Positions 12,758 through 26,724 of a stretch of DNA of 55,580 bases are shown piece by piece; position 1 is the first letter of the stretch, and each line of letters starts with the position of its first letter. Origin of the DNA: Octopus bimaculoides (taxonomy: Eukaryota); assembly GCF_001194135.2 (NCBI RefSeq), contig NC_068993.1, positions 11,560,557-11,616,136 of the forward strand. The letters run 5' to 3'. Below the pieces are notes generated by a model that was not told the origin of the DNA, ran no database searches, and saw nothing but the letters and a program-made list of their open reading frames with translations. The position numbers and the translations under genes were made by a program.

Positions 12758-13789
12758 TACAACTGGTATGAATATTATTACAAAGAACATTTAGGCCCTT
12801 GAAATGATCGTGGTAATGCAACACGTTTAGAGATATACCCACAATGTAAATACTAATTTGAAGAATAAATGAAGATTTGCTTATTAACATTATTGTTATT
12901 TTCTCTTCTTTTATTCCTCATGTGTTTCATCTTATGCGTAAAAGTTACTATTCATTAAACATTTTTTATATTAATCTACTCCGAAATACTACGGATTTTC
13001 CTAATGTTGGTACATATTTTCCTGATAGCTTCACTATTGTTGAAATACCTGTAACAATTCCTCGCATGTTCCATGTGGATAACATTGACAAGTATATAAT
13101 GTCTAACGCGATGTCAAGATAGTTAACTAGTTGAAGGCAAGTGTTAGCTATAATTATCAAGTTCAAAAACTTTAAATATAATAACGAAGCGTTATTAAAT
13201 TTGTATTCGTTCCGTTTTTCCTCTTATTTAATATTGATATGTCATTTACTTAAAGAGTCACATTTTCAGTAGATTAGGTGTAAAACATAAAGACATTAAT
13301 TTGCAGCTTCTACTTTTCTGAATCTTTTGACGCAATGCTAACATCAAAATAAACGATGCTAATTTTCTTTATGCATAATCTGTTGCCAAAATATAACTGA
13401 CATTTTCGTGGATTCGTAACAATACTTATTTCAAACTCATGAACATGGATTGAATCGGGGGCAAATATTAATATATTACATATTAATAAATTTTTCAGTA
13501 TGACATTCGTAATACGGGGTAATAAACTACATTTTCGATTTGGGTGATTTGTTACTAGTATCTAACGCTGCAGCTAACGAACCATTTGGGCAAGGCATGT
13601 TTGACAAAGACACATTCACACTTGATCACGGATATTTTGGTATTTTAAAATTAAGAGAATTAAGGATGTGAGTAAATATGAACTACACGGACGTATACAT
13701 TTACAAATATATAAAAAATATTACAGATACACATACATACAGCTTTGATTAAAGTGTATCTATCATGATGAAGGTATATCAAAAGGAAC

Positions 13790-14189
13790 TCCGGAGGAAG
13801 ATCAAAACTTTCAGATAGGGACCGTCGGACTCTTATGCAAATTGATATAAAGGATCACAAAAGTACAGCTCCCAAAATTACTGAAGAGCTTAATTGCCTC
13901 CTCGAGAACCCAGTTTCCACAAAAAACTGTTCGCCGGCAGCTGCGCAAAGCCGGATTTCACGGGAGGGCTGCAATCAGAAAAGCAGTACCTTCAAAAACA
14001 AATCTTACATATCGTTTGGAGTGGAGCAAAAACCAACAAGAACTGGACAAAAATTCCAAACATTTCGAAACGATTCAAACTTTGTACGAGTCTAAACCTC
14101 GTAGAATTCGAACTGTAATTACTGCCAAAGGCGCTCCTATCCCTTGTTCAAATATTAAGGTGTTTCCATTATTTTGTCCAGCCCCTGTA
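13790..14189 (+). mobile_element. Internally deleted Tc1-like DNA transposon with right TIR
   Basis: GRSKLSDRDRRTL...KITEELN...PVSTK, frameshift, TVRRQLRKAGFHGRAAIRK (Tc1 HTH region), then C-terminal LYES.PRRIRTVITAKGAP; ends AGGTGTTTCCATTATTTTGTCCAGCCCCTG followed by TA (14188-14189). DDE core and left TIR not seen. Confidence 0.9.
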
Positions 14190-14221
<32 letters not shown>

Positions 14222-14883
14222 CATACATACATACATACATACATACATACATACTTATATACACTCACCCCACACGCACGTATATAGATATCTATCTATA
14301 AGTAAATTTCTATGCGAAATTATATATAGATAATTTAAAAATTATATTTCAACGTACATTATACATATACACGCATGTATGTATATATGCCTGTATGTAT
14401 GTATACATACGCAAAATATAAAACACACATCGGCAAGCAGATAATTCCATGAGTGCTTATTTACGTTTATCGGGATGTATAGATCTCCACAAATCATAAA
14501 GGAAAATTGTATAACCACTCATTTCTTATTCTTTCTATCTAGCATATTTGCTTTTATTCATTAGTTTATTTTCCAGTATGTAACTTACTTCTAACTTAAC
14601 ATCATCGTCATCTCTAATGCAACTAATTGTGCTATTTTTTTCGAGAAAGTTTCAATTCACAACTTGATTTGGAGAGATGTTGTCTACCATTAGCCATTAT
14701 TTAAACGTTCGATGCACATCCCATAATATAGTTTCGTTATGATTGCTGCCTTTCGGTCTCGATTTCAATTTCTTTTGATTAACTTTAAATTTCGTTTCTG
14801 TTGAAATCGTATAGTTCTTTGGTGACAATTCTAACTCTAATCTTTTGTAAAATCTAAAATTCGTAAAACTTCTATAGGTATCT

Positions 14884-15202
14884 CTGTGTTTTCAAGTGTA
14901 TGTGTGTGTGTATGTGTTTTCGTATACATACATACACACATACATACATACATACATACATGCATGCATACATACATGCATGCATACATACATGCATGCA
15001 TGCATGCATACATACATACATACATATATACACACATGCGTATANNNNNNNNNNNNNNNNNNNNNNNNNNNNNNNNNNNNNNNNNNNNNNNNNNNNNNNN
15101 NNNNNNNNNNNNNNNNNNNNNNNNNNNNNNNNNNNNNNNNNNNNNNNNNNNNNNNNNNNNNCGTGCATATATGTGTATATCCGTTTGTGTGTTTGTATAA
15201 GT

Positions 15203-15233
<31 letters not shown>

Positions 15234-15236
15234 GGT

Positions 15237-15266
<30 letters not shown>
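14884..15266. repeat. (CATA)n/(CATG)n/(TG)n microsatellite cluster around a gap
   Basis: Directly visible. Confidence 0.9.
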
Positions 15267-15272
<6 letters not shown>

Positions 15273-15621
15273 GCAGTATAATCGTGAGGTTGAATGTGAA
15301 AAAAGTAAATGTATAGTTTCTGTCGATTGAAATTTCAGATGACGCAAACTGCTCTCACGTGAAGTAGCAAAGATAAGAGCGCATAATGGAAATAGTTTAT
15401 CCAGAATGAAATACGAAAAAGTTGGTTGAAGAATGAAACTCACAACAAAAGAAAAGAGACGAACAAATGCTATTGAAATGAAATGAAGCTTATTTCTGAT
15501 CAGTAGAGAAACGAATTAGTAAATACACTAATATTGAAACAATTCAAAATATATCTACATAGAACTAGAGTAATTCAAATATAATGTTGTTTTTTTTCTG
15601 AAATTTTGATTATATGGAGTT

Positions 15622-16050
15622 TTGGGTAGCGTTTGTGTGGATAGTGATAAGTTTGCATCTATATAGTTTGGGAGACTGTTCAAGTGGCTTTATGCTGATG
15701 ATGTCTGTTTATTTTCAGCAAGAACTCCTAACGTTAATCCTATAGAGAATAACTGGAGATATCTCAGGAATGTTGTGTACAACGAATGCCAGCAGCATTC
15801 ATCTTTTGGTGAACTTGAAACCGCAATAAAAAAGGCCTCAGAAGAGCTTCCCAGCTTCCTCTTAATCTGCTGCAGGAGTTGTTTGGGAGCACGAAATCGT
15901 GTGCCTTTGAAGTAATGCAGAAAGCTGGTGGTCAGACACACTTTTGTTGACGTTTTCCATGAGAATATCATTGAAAAATATCATACTCTCCCTGTTTGGC
16001 ATAAGTTTTGCAACACTATTCAAGCTAGCGTTATAGTTTTGAACAGGAAG
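15622..16050 (+). mobile_element. Degraded Tc1/mariner (Tc3-like) transposase C-terminal fragment
   Basis: MEFWVAF (VMVW.AF-like) and ARTPNVNPIENNWRYLRNVVY...ELETAIKKA...EVMQKAGGQT match the SPDLNPIEN.W motif and C-terminus of Tc1-family DDE transposases. Confidence 0.75.
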
Positions 16051-16415
16051 CTTCTTGTTCTGTACGATTATTGAATTATTATCTAATATATTTTGGGATT
16101 ACAATAAATTTGAATATTGCAAGGCCTTCTTCTATTCCACTTCTTACCTAGAGGTGAGTTTCAGGAATTAGGGAAGTATAGTTCCCCAGAAAAAAACAGC
16201 CAGTGCTCTGGCTTTATAGTTTTGAAGAGCAGTTTATGTATGTATGTATGTATGTATGTATGTATGTATGAACGCAAGTATATATATATATANNNNNNNN
16301 NNNNNNNNNNNNNNNNNNNNNNNNNNNNNNNNNNNNNNNNNNNNNNNNNNNNNNNNNNNNNNNNNNNNNNNNNNNNNNNNNNNNNNNNNNNNNNNNNNNN
16401 NNNNNNNNNNNNNNN

Positions 16416-16477
<62 letters not shown>

Positions 16478-19400
16478 GAGTGATATAATGCAATTTACGT
16501 TACCTCTCTTACGCATATGTATTAAGAAGTTGCAGAAAAGAAAATACATTCCACTCTCAATTTTGACATACCCCACCTGAGAACTATTTGTGAATATATT
16601 ATCTTAGTTCTGGCGAAATATGATACAAACGCTTCAGCCAGGGATTTTATTTTCTTCAGTTACATCACGCTGAGATAGCTGAGTGATTTAAAACGAAATA
16701 CCCTAACTGACACTCAACTTGATATCCGTGTAGAAAACAAAGAAAAATAATAGCAAGATAACCTCAATTTACTGTATGCTAAACATATAGTAAACGCAGT
16801 ATTCTAAATGCAAATCTATTAAAACTCTAATAATCAACCGCGTTAATATCACGTTTCTTTAACGCAGGGCTTCAGCGCAGTTTGATGCTAGTTTACCCAC
16901 TGTTTGTTGGCACGACGTTCGTAGCTAACCATGACATGTGAGTTTCACCGTTATATGCCTGGTTCCAGGAACCTCCCGTAGTGTTTACGTCATTGGGTTT
17001 ACGTCCATGCGGTTGCATGCTCTAATTCTAGACCGGGTAGCACGGTGTGTACATGGGAAGGCTCTTTATTTCATGCTACTCCAGTCTGTGCATTTGAAAA
17101 TGAATATTAACCGAACCTTGGTGTAAATCTCCTCCACGTCTCGTGAGAAAGTCCATTACTGCTACATTGTCAATTCAAAACAGTTGACAAATACACAGTA
17201 CAATGTAGAACGACATACACGCTAGCCATTGACACTTAAGCATAAATTAACGTCGTGATATTGAATATAATCACAGGGAATCAATCAATTTCTTCATTTC
17301 TAATATAGATTATAGAAACACACCACAAATTATACGTCTTGACGTCTGAACTTACAGGGAAGACATTTCCAAAACAGTGATTTACTCTCATAAAGAAGAG
17401 TCGGTTAAGTACAGACTGGCATACTTATTAAAATAAATTGAAAATACTTTCAAAGCAAATGTATTTATAATCTTATCTATGCGACAAATCATTGCCGTTA
17501 ATGAAAATTAATCTCATAATGAGGAAATGAACAACAACAAAAAGAAAAAAAAGTGTTTCCAAAAAGTTCAATTAACCAAAATTATTTCCGCAGGTTCTAT
17601 CGAAGTTTTCGTCTGAGTACAAACTGACATAGCTACATTACGCATACACACGAAAACGATGCACGCGCCAGTATTCGTGCGTCTGCATGCCTATTTACCT
17701 CTGTTGCTGAGGATACCTTTTTGGTGTCTATATTTCTTTTAGTTGTTTCTGNNNNNNNNNNNNNNNNNNNNNNNNNNNNNNNNNNNNNNNNNNNNNNNNN
17801 NNNNNNNNNNNNNNNNNNNNNNNNNNNNNNNNNNNNNNNNNNNNNNNNNNNNNNNNNNNNNNNNNNNNNNNNNNNNNNNNNNNNNNNNNNNNNNNNNNNN
17901 NNNNNNNNNNNNNNNNNNNNNNNNNNNNNNNNNNNNNNNNNNNNNNNNNNNNNNNNNNNNNNNNNNNNNNNTATCTGTATACATATATGTATATATATTC
18001 AAAAGTTTTTGTGAAAATTTACTTAATACAGCTTAAAACGCAGTTCAATAAAACTGTCGTAAAATATAACCCTAGACACATACGGACCCAAAAATCTGAA
18101 GACAAGTTGGTAAACAACTGACAATTTATTGAGTCGTTGGCCTGCTGTATCAGGAACAATTTGAACACGTGAACACCTGAACAATATAGAAACTGTTAGC
18201 TATTTCAAATACTTTGTATTGCAAATAACGTATAAGAACATATATTTATCTATATGAATACATTTATTATTTATCTATATGACTATATAATGTCGATTCT
18301 ATTGATGAAATATAATGTAGTTGCTGTTGTTGCTTAGATACAAATCAGTTCTGCGGTGCAGAACTCGCTCACCTCAAGTGGTCGATAAAGTCTATGGACA
18401 TCGACGACACGGCACTTATACGAAGAATGCAGTCAAGCGTGGGGCTAGAGAAATGCCATTGCTCCCGTCGATACAACACCTGTTTGCCTTTGCACGGGAG
18501 GAGACTACGGATATAACAATATTCTGTTGGCATATTCGTTCATGCATGTTGCTGCAACTTTTGTAAACCAAGGATAGACTGGTTATGATTTCAATGCACT
18601 CGCCTTAACTGGACGCAATTTATGATGGCACGTAACATGTTAAGAAAGGACAAATTTCATAACACCGTTCACACCTCTTCGTCACGGATAATACTGATAA
18701 AGCGGCAATAAACGATTAAGCGGTTTGGATATAAGACTAAAAGCAATAGTTGCTAGAAACATTGCAAAGTTTGAAAAAAGAAAAGAATCTCTGATGGCCA
18801 AGAATCCTATATTTCTTCCGCAGGTTTTAATTTTTAATCCCTGTTTTGCTCTGGGTCTCACATGAGTGTAAGAACATTTGAGCCTTAGTTGAAAACATAA
18901 ATATCCTTTGTGTTTCAGAGTTTTAATTGCAAGATTTCGAATTGGTAGTTTCCTGTTGCCTCGAGATATTTTCTAACCAAAATCATTGAGTTTTCTTTCA
19001 CTCCCGTTAGTCATACAGCGAACAAAGTTACTAGTTGGAGTCATTCTCAAATCCTTGTGTAGGCCTAAAAGCAATCATCGTGCAGACTTACTTACAGATC
19101 TAGTGCACCGTAGGATAGTTTTATATAACCTGTAATTTTTATAGGTTGGCACTTGATTGAGATATGGGCGTTTATCTAGCATGATGGGCAGCCGAATGGC
19201 TACTGAGTTACAAATCAAAGAAAAACGAAACTCTTCTTTTGTCACTTAAGTAATAAACAATTGAACAATCCTTAGATTAAATGTATTCCATCATGCACAT
19301 TTTATCTTGTTTCTATAGAGGATTAACTACCATCTCTAGCAGGTATGCGACAACATAGAGGTTCCCGCGTTGGCTCATGTGTATCACATGGTATATTGCG

Positions 19401-20039
19401 TGTATGAATATGTGTGTTAGATATTAGTATCTGTATCATACTCTAGCCAAAGAAGAATCAATCTCTCTGAACTTCCGTTCACCCGATCCAGCTAACGATT
19501 ATTTACTATCTCCTCAACAAGACAAATATAAAAATCATAATAAAAGCGAAAACAAAATTGATCTTGCTCATACATGTTTCAAATAAAACAATGTGAAATA
19601 TAACGACAATGAAAACTGTATTTTGCAATTGTGAAATAGCTGAACGAACTATACAGCGTCGTTTGTTGATATATATGGATGTCATAAAAGAGCTGTATCT
19701 TAATCGCTTCAACGGATCTCAAGACCATTCAGATAAATTTCTCGTCATGGTGGTTAATCTATATAAATTTAATTCTGTACTGCGCTCACGATAATACTGC
19801 GTTGAAACACGCCACTATGTTACGCTATATATATANNNNNNNNNNNNNNNNNNNNNNNNNNNNNNNNNNNNNNNNNNNNNNNNNNNNNNNNNNNNNNNNN
19901 NNNNNNNNNNNNNNNNNNNNNNNNNNNNNNNNNNNNNNNNNNNNNNNNNNNNNNNNNNNNNNNNNNNNNNNNNNNNNNNNNNNNNNNNNNNNNNNNNNNN
20001 NNNNNNNNNNNNNTATATATATTTCATTCGTTCTTTTAG

Positions 20040-20515
20040 TCTTCTTCCTTGTCTTTCATCGTCTTCATCAATATTCTACTAATTCATCAGTATCTTCATA
20101 CGCATCATCATCGTCATCTTCACCATCATCGTCATCGCCGTCGATATCACGATGATTGCTGTGATAAACACTATCCGTATGTTGGTTGATAATTATCACC
20201 ATGAGCAGCATCATAAGCATCATCGTAACAATCATAAGCATCATCAATTCCTTTTTTATCATGTCCATAACCATCACCACACATCTTTCTCCTCCTCTTC
20301 ATCCCCATCACCCATCATTAACATCCTGAGCCTCATCATTATTATTTTTATTATCAGTGTCAACGTAAACGTATTTTTGATTATTATCTTGTTCACAACA
20401 ATTACTTTACCTACTACTACTACTACTATTACTACTACCACTACTACTACTACTACTACTGCTGCTGCTACTGCTGCTACTACTGCTGCTATCACTACTA
20501 CTACTAGTAGCAGTA
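20040..20515. repeat. Degenerate (CAT)n followed by (ACT)n/(GCT)n low-complexity tract
   Basis: Visible trinucleotide periodicity; yields His/Ser/Ile/Thr-rich ORFs with no recognisable domain. Confidence 0.85.
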
Positions 20516-21053
20516 ACATTAAACTAGCCTTGATGTTATGTCACCACTAAACACCAAAAATAAATAATTAATTACGTAATAAATTGGAACTAATAAATTA
20601 AATCAAATTACACTAATCAATCTAATATATGAAGGAAATATATTCGTGCCTTTGACAAATATTATTCTATAATATACTCATCTGTGATTGTATTTTTCTA
20701 TAATATATTTTTCTACACATTATTTTCTTTTCGTATATTTTCTCACAAATACAGTTTCTATACAAATAAACACTACGACTTTTATTTTATTTTCCTATGA
20801 CAATTATGTCGTATGTTATACAGAACTATCAGTTTTCGGTTTTCTCAGCCTGAAGTCTATCCATGAAGTCTATCTTCGGTGATTGCTGAACAGAGCAGCA
20901 AGCGTGCCTACCCTGTTTCCTATGTTTTGCATGTAAACGTACATTAATTAACTAAGTAGTTTTTATTTTCCTGTTTAAACTTCAACCACATTGTTTCTTT
21001 CTCTTTGTTTCTATCTCTTGCTAATTATATAATTTTTGTGCGGAATCTATATT

Positions 21054-21268
21054 CTTTTCTACTCTTAGCACAAGTCCCGAAATTTCTGAGAAGGGGGCCA
21101 GTCGATTGGATCACATCCAGTACGCAATTGGTACTTAACTTATCTATCCAGAAAGGACGAAAGGCAAAGTCGACCTCGGTGGAATTTGAAATCAAAACAT
21201 AAAGAAAGACGAAATACCGTTAAGCATTTCGCCCGGCGTGCTAATGTTTCTGCCATTTTACTGCCTCA
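21054..21268 (-). mobile_element. Full-length monomeric SINE family A with TSD
   Basis: Complete head, core and tail; 15-bp direct repeat with one mismatch (TGCRGAATCTATATT) at 21039-21053 and 21269-21283. Confidence 0.9.
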
Positions 21269-21733
21269 TGCAGAATCTATATTACAACAAGAATGATCGA
21301 ATTCTAATATTAGAATGGTCTGAGTATTCTTATACCTCTGAACATAAAACCAGTAAAGCACTGTTACAGAATTTACATTCTCAAGGTAATAATAAAACTT
21401 ACATTTTTTTCTACAGAAATTCTTATGAACCTTAATTTATTGTACAATCACTTCCATGTGGACAAATATTAAGACAGAAACCGATTCACATATACATTTC
21501 TATGAAACTGGCTATTCATTTTTGTCTGCTGAGCGTTACACACTCAACTGGATTTCTGAGGCCACAAACAAAAGGACAATTTCTGTCGCTCGTTGAAACA
21601 TTGAATCTGAGGACAATTCCTGAAAAACAAGAGCAACACAGTAAGTCATTAGTTTTGCGGACAAAAATATACTCATGACCTCTATTGTCCGCTTACCGGT
21701 CTCTCTGACTGCACACACACACACACACTCACA

Positions 21734-21783
<50 letters not shown>

Positions 21784-22558
21784 NNNNNNNNNNNNNNNNN
21801 NNNNNNNNNNNNNNNNNNNNNNNNNNNNNNNNNNNNNNNNNNNNNNNNNNNNNNNNNNNNNNNNNNNNNNNNNNNNNNNNNNNNNNNNNNNNNNNNNNNN
21901 NNNNNNNNNNNNNNNNNNNNNNNNNNNNNNNNNNNNNNNNNNNNNNNNNNNNNNNNNNNNNNNNNNNNNNNNNNNNNNNNNNNNNNNNNNNNNNNNNNNN
22001 NNNNNNNNNNNNNNNNNNNNNNNNNNNNNNNNNNNNNNNNNNNNNNNNNNNNNNNNNNNNNNNNNNNNNNNNNNNNNNNNNNNNNNNNNNNNNNNNNNNN
22101 NNNNNNNNNNNNNNNNNNNNNNNNNNNNNNNNNNNNNNNNNNNNNNNNNNNNNNNNNNNNNNNNNNNNNNAGTAAAAACTAACGTCAACGAATACAGAAG
22201 TTTGGTTTCGATGCAGGCAATTCAATTCCAGCGCAACCAGGCTGTGGTTTGAGAAAGTTTTTATCACGTTTTTTGCACCAATTGACATGTATTGATTATA
22301 GTCCTAATTACTTCTTAGTTGTAGATATAAAAACATTAACAAAGTTCATCATAGTGGTTTCATTTACTGTAAAATAGGTCTTAATTGAGAACCTACTCTT
22401 TTCTTCTGTCTTAGCAACATTTCCCAATTAGAACACCTTTAAAATATTCGCGCTACAAAATACTTTGTTTCTTGGGAGTGTAATTATAATCAAATAAACT
22501 TACGAGACAACGAATGAAGCGACTTTCCTGTAGATTGACACTACAAATGAATCGCTTT

Positions 22559-22910
22559 TACTCTTTTATTTGTTTCAGTCATGTGACTGCGGCCATGCTA
22601 GAGCACCGCCATTAATCGAGCAAATCCACCCCAGGACTTATTGTTTGGATGCCTAGTACTTATTCTATCGGTCCATTGTGCCGAACCGCTAAGTTACGGG
22701 GACGTAAACACACCACCATTGGTCGTTAAGCGATGTTGGGAGGACAAACACAGACACACAAACATATACACACACATACATATATACATACATATTCAGT
22801 TTCCGTCTACCAAATCCACTCACAAGACTTTGGTCGGCCAGAGGCTATAGTAGAAGACACTTGCCCGGGGTGCCACCATGTAGTTGGTAAGCGAGCTACT
22901 TACCACACAA
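22559..22910 (-). mobile_element. SINE family B (tRNA head, CORE-like segment, internal TA/TG tract)
   Basis: GTTTCAGTCATGTGACTGCGGCCATGCTAGAGCACCGCC tail and CAGTTTCCGTCTACCAAATCCACTCACAAG...GAAGACACTTGCCC body, shared with 44765-45155 and 55122-55300. Confidence 0.9.
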
Positions 22911-22999
22911 TGTCCTTTATGATAGAGAAAATATTAAAAACAAAATGCAATGACTTCAACGGGAGTCTCGCGTATGCAAGTTTAAATAAGGATTTCAAA

Positions 23000-23188
23000 T
23001 GTTGGCACAAGGCCCGCAATTTTGGCAAATGGGTTTAGTCGATTATGTTGACCGGTCATTATTTTATCGACCCGGAATGATAAAAAGCTAAGTCGTCCTC
23101 GGTGGAATTTGATCACAAAACGTGAAGACATACGAAATGCTAAGCGTTTTGCCCAGCGTGCTAATGATTCTGTCAGCTTGTCACCTTA
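23000..23188 (-). mobile_element. Diverged SINE family A copy
   Basis: GGCACAAGGCCCGCAATTTT tail, TTTATCGACCCGGAATGAT core and GCGTGCTAATGATTCTGTCAGC head. Confidence 0.8.
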
Positions 23189-25554
23189 TATACAAACGGA
23201 AATAATAAACATGCATTATCTTGAAGGGAGGCCAACTTGCTGCAGCGAAAGCGCGCTTTCTATTGCAATAAAACAAGATACTTTTAAAGGTTGCTTAATA
23301 TATTCGTTTCCTGCTTCTATTTCAACAGATTTTATGCATGAACAAATGTGTCTGTCAGATATCTTAGTTTCTAATATATAGTAATAGTACAAAGACAATT
23401 AGACATCCTTATATGCAACAATATAGAAGAAAAATATCATCTACTCCCCAATCTCATTCTAATATATTGTTCTATTCTACATGATTTTCGTCTAATGCAT
23501 GAATCTAAGTTCCTTTTCCATTAAACGGACAGATGACAAAATTTGCTATCGTAGACAAGTCGGTCTTTTTGAATCTTTGTTGCTAGTAAGTAGAATTCAA
23601 AAGAAAATATAACTAAAGATGGCATCCACCATTCAAATTCAAAGTTCAGTTCCTTCTGATGGAAAGGACCTAAAGAATAATTTAATAATATTTCCATATA
23701 TCAGAATTTTAAAATTCATTTTATTTCGCATACGTGAAACATTCCATGGGTTCAAAGATACGCACTTGATATGTCGCTCCCGTTAACAACACGTATTTGC
23801 TATTTACAAAATGGACGAATGAAATCAAAACAAACCTTTAATATTAACAACTTTTAAAATTTTGCTTCACTGTATAACATAACTGACAATTAACGACCAT
23901 AAATATTGGGTTGCTTTTGAAATAACGTACAAATCAATGAACAAGAGTAAGATTAGTGAGATTGCAGAGGAAAGTTACTACGAAAGATCCGCAACTATAA
24001 AAATGTTCAAAAATGTGAATGTATTGTATTAAATTTCTACAAATGAACGAATGTGACCCCAGATCCCCTGCTGAAATGCATATAAACATTTCCATTCTAA
24101 TAAATACTATTTTGAAGTCAAATCAATCTTGAAACAAGTAGTATAGCTAAGAAGGAATAAAGGATTATAGTTAATAATAATAATATACATTTATTCACAA
24201 TCTCAATTACGCAAACACTCTCAAACGTACATACATATATACATACACACACATATCTATATATGTGTGTGTACATATATGAACATATATTTAGACACCC
24301 ACATGCGCATATACTCATATTTATACATATCCGTACATACTTACATATACATATATCTATGCTTATATATGAATATATATATATGTAGGTATATATATAT
24401 ATATATATATATATNNNNNNNNNNNNNNNNNNNNNNNNNNNNNNNNNNNNNNNNNNNNNNNNNNNNNNNNNNNNNNNNNNNNNNNNNNNNNNNNNNNNNN
24501 NNNNNNNNNNNNNNNNNNNNNNNNNNNNNNNNNNNNNNNNNNNNNNNNNNNNNNNNNNNNNNNNNNNNNNNNNNNNNNNNNNNNNNNNNNNNNNNNNNNN
24601 NNNNNNNNNNNNNNNNNNNNNNNNNNNNNNNNNNNNNNNNNNNNNNNNNNNNNNNNNNNNNNNNNNNNNNNNNNNNNNNNNNNNNNNNNNNNNNNNNNNN
24701 NNNNNNNNNNNNATATATATACATTATTTATTTAAGATAAAGGATAATATACTACATATTCCATGTCATCCCTCTTTCAAATGTCCTTTGTGTAGATAAA
24801 TGCAACTTCATTAAAATTCAAGAATAGTGTTTATTCGAACTGCAAGAAGTAACTGCTGTTTTATTAATTATTATAGATGACAAATGAATAACAATATTAG
24901 TTATTGTTATTTATCGTATTTGCCTTTCTGTGTCACACTTTCCCTCCCTTTACTCTTGTTTATACTTAATGGCTTCTACTTTCAATGTTGAATCCTCAGT
25001 TCACTCGTTGTATAATACGTATATACGAATATAGTTGTACGCATAGGGACAGACACAGATACAAACACATCTACACAAATACACACATACACAGACGCAA
25101 GTCCACTTATATACAAACCTCCACACTCATACATGTGTGCCACCACATATGTATATAGTACCTGTATATATACATGATACTTTATTCACGGCTGTACACC
25201 TTGTAGTATGCCGTTTAAAGCCCGCTCACAGTATTCGACTACACGGTGTCATTAATCAAATGGAGTCGTATGGTGCTGGATAACTAATTTTTGTGAACAC
25301 AATGTGAATGGAACGCCAAATATTTAGCCTTCCTTTGATGCATTAGCTTTTAAAATTTTGAACGAATACGCCACCCTTATTGCAGCCCCTATTCGTTCCA
25401 CGTACTTCTCAAGATGTTTGCTCACTGTTCCCAGGGCTCTGACAATTATTGGTCTACTGCTACCTTTTCTATCGACCACAAATGCTTAACTTCCCAAGCT
25501 AACCTGTCACATCTCGTCTTTTCTTTCTTCCTTATCGCATACCTTGTTGTCAGT

Positions 25555-25564
25555 ATTATTACTA

Positions 25565-25640
<76 letters not shown>

Positions 25641-25666
25641 CATTATTATTATTATTATTATTGCTA

Positions 25667-25704
<38 letters not shown>

Positions 25705-25739
25705 TTTACATTTTTTGTAGTAGTAGTAGTAGTAGTAGT
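25555..25739. repeat. (ATT)n then (GTA)n microsatellite abutting a gap
   Basis: Directly visible. Confidence 0.95.
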
Positions 25740-26420
25740 NNNNNNNNNNNNNNNNNNNNNNNNNNNNNNNNNNNNNNNNNNNNNNNNNNNNNNNNNNNNN
25801 NNNNNNNNNNNNNNNNNNNNNNNNNNNNNNNNNNNNNNNNNNNNNNNNNNNNNNNNNNNNNNNNNNNNNNNNNNNNNNNNNNNNNNNNNNNNNNNNNNNN
25901 NNNNNNNNNNNNNNNNNNNNNNNNNNNNNNNNNNNNNNNNNNNNNNNNNNNNNNNNNNNNNNNNNNNNNNNNNNNNNNNNNNNNNNNNNNNNNNNNNNNN
26001 NNNNNNNNNNNNNNNNNNNNNNNNNNNNNNNNNNNNNNNNNNNNNNNNNNNNNNNNNNNNNNNNNNNNNNNNNNNNNNNNNNNNNNNNNNNNNNNNNNNN
26101 NNNNNNNNNNNNNNNNNNNNNNNNNNNNNNNNNNNNNNNNNNNNNNNNNNNNNNNNNNNNNNNNNNNNNNNNNNNNNNNNNNNNNNNNNNNNNNNNNNNN
26201 NNNNNNNNNNNNNNNNNNNNNNNNNNNNNNNNNNNNNNNNNNNNNNNNNNNNNNNNNNNNNNNNNNNNNNNNNNNNNNNNNNNNNNNNNNNNNNNNNNNN
26301 NNNNNNNNNNNNNNNNNNNNNNNNNNNNNNNNNNNNNNNNNNNNNNNNNNNNNNNNNNNNNNNNNNNNNNNNNNNNNNNNNNNNNNNNNNNNNNNNNNNN
26401 NNNNNNNNNNNNNNNNNNNN

Positions 26421-26724
26421 AAAGACCTGGAAATAGAGATAACTCGAATGTGGAGTCTAAAAACAGAAACAATTCCTATCATAGTAGGTGCCTTAGGTAT
26501 AATAAAAAAATATTCAGACAAATACATAACAAAAACACCAGGACTTACAAATATATATAACATACAGAAAATTGCACTACTGGGTACTGCACATATTCTA
26601 CGCAAAACACTTTCAATACAGTAACCATAAGAGCACCACAGCAAACCACAGCACATACCCAAGGCGCACAGAGCTGCGCTCGGTAGTGAAGTGAAAGCAC
26701 GTTATAAAAATAAAACTACTGAAC

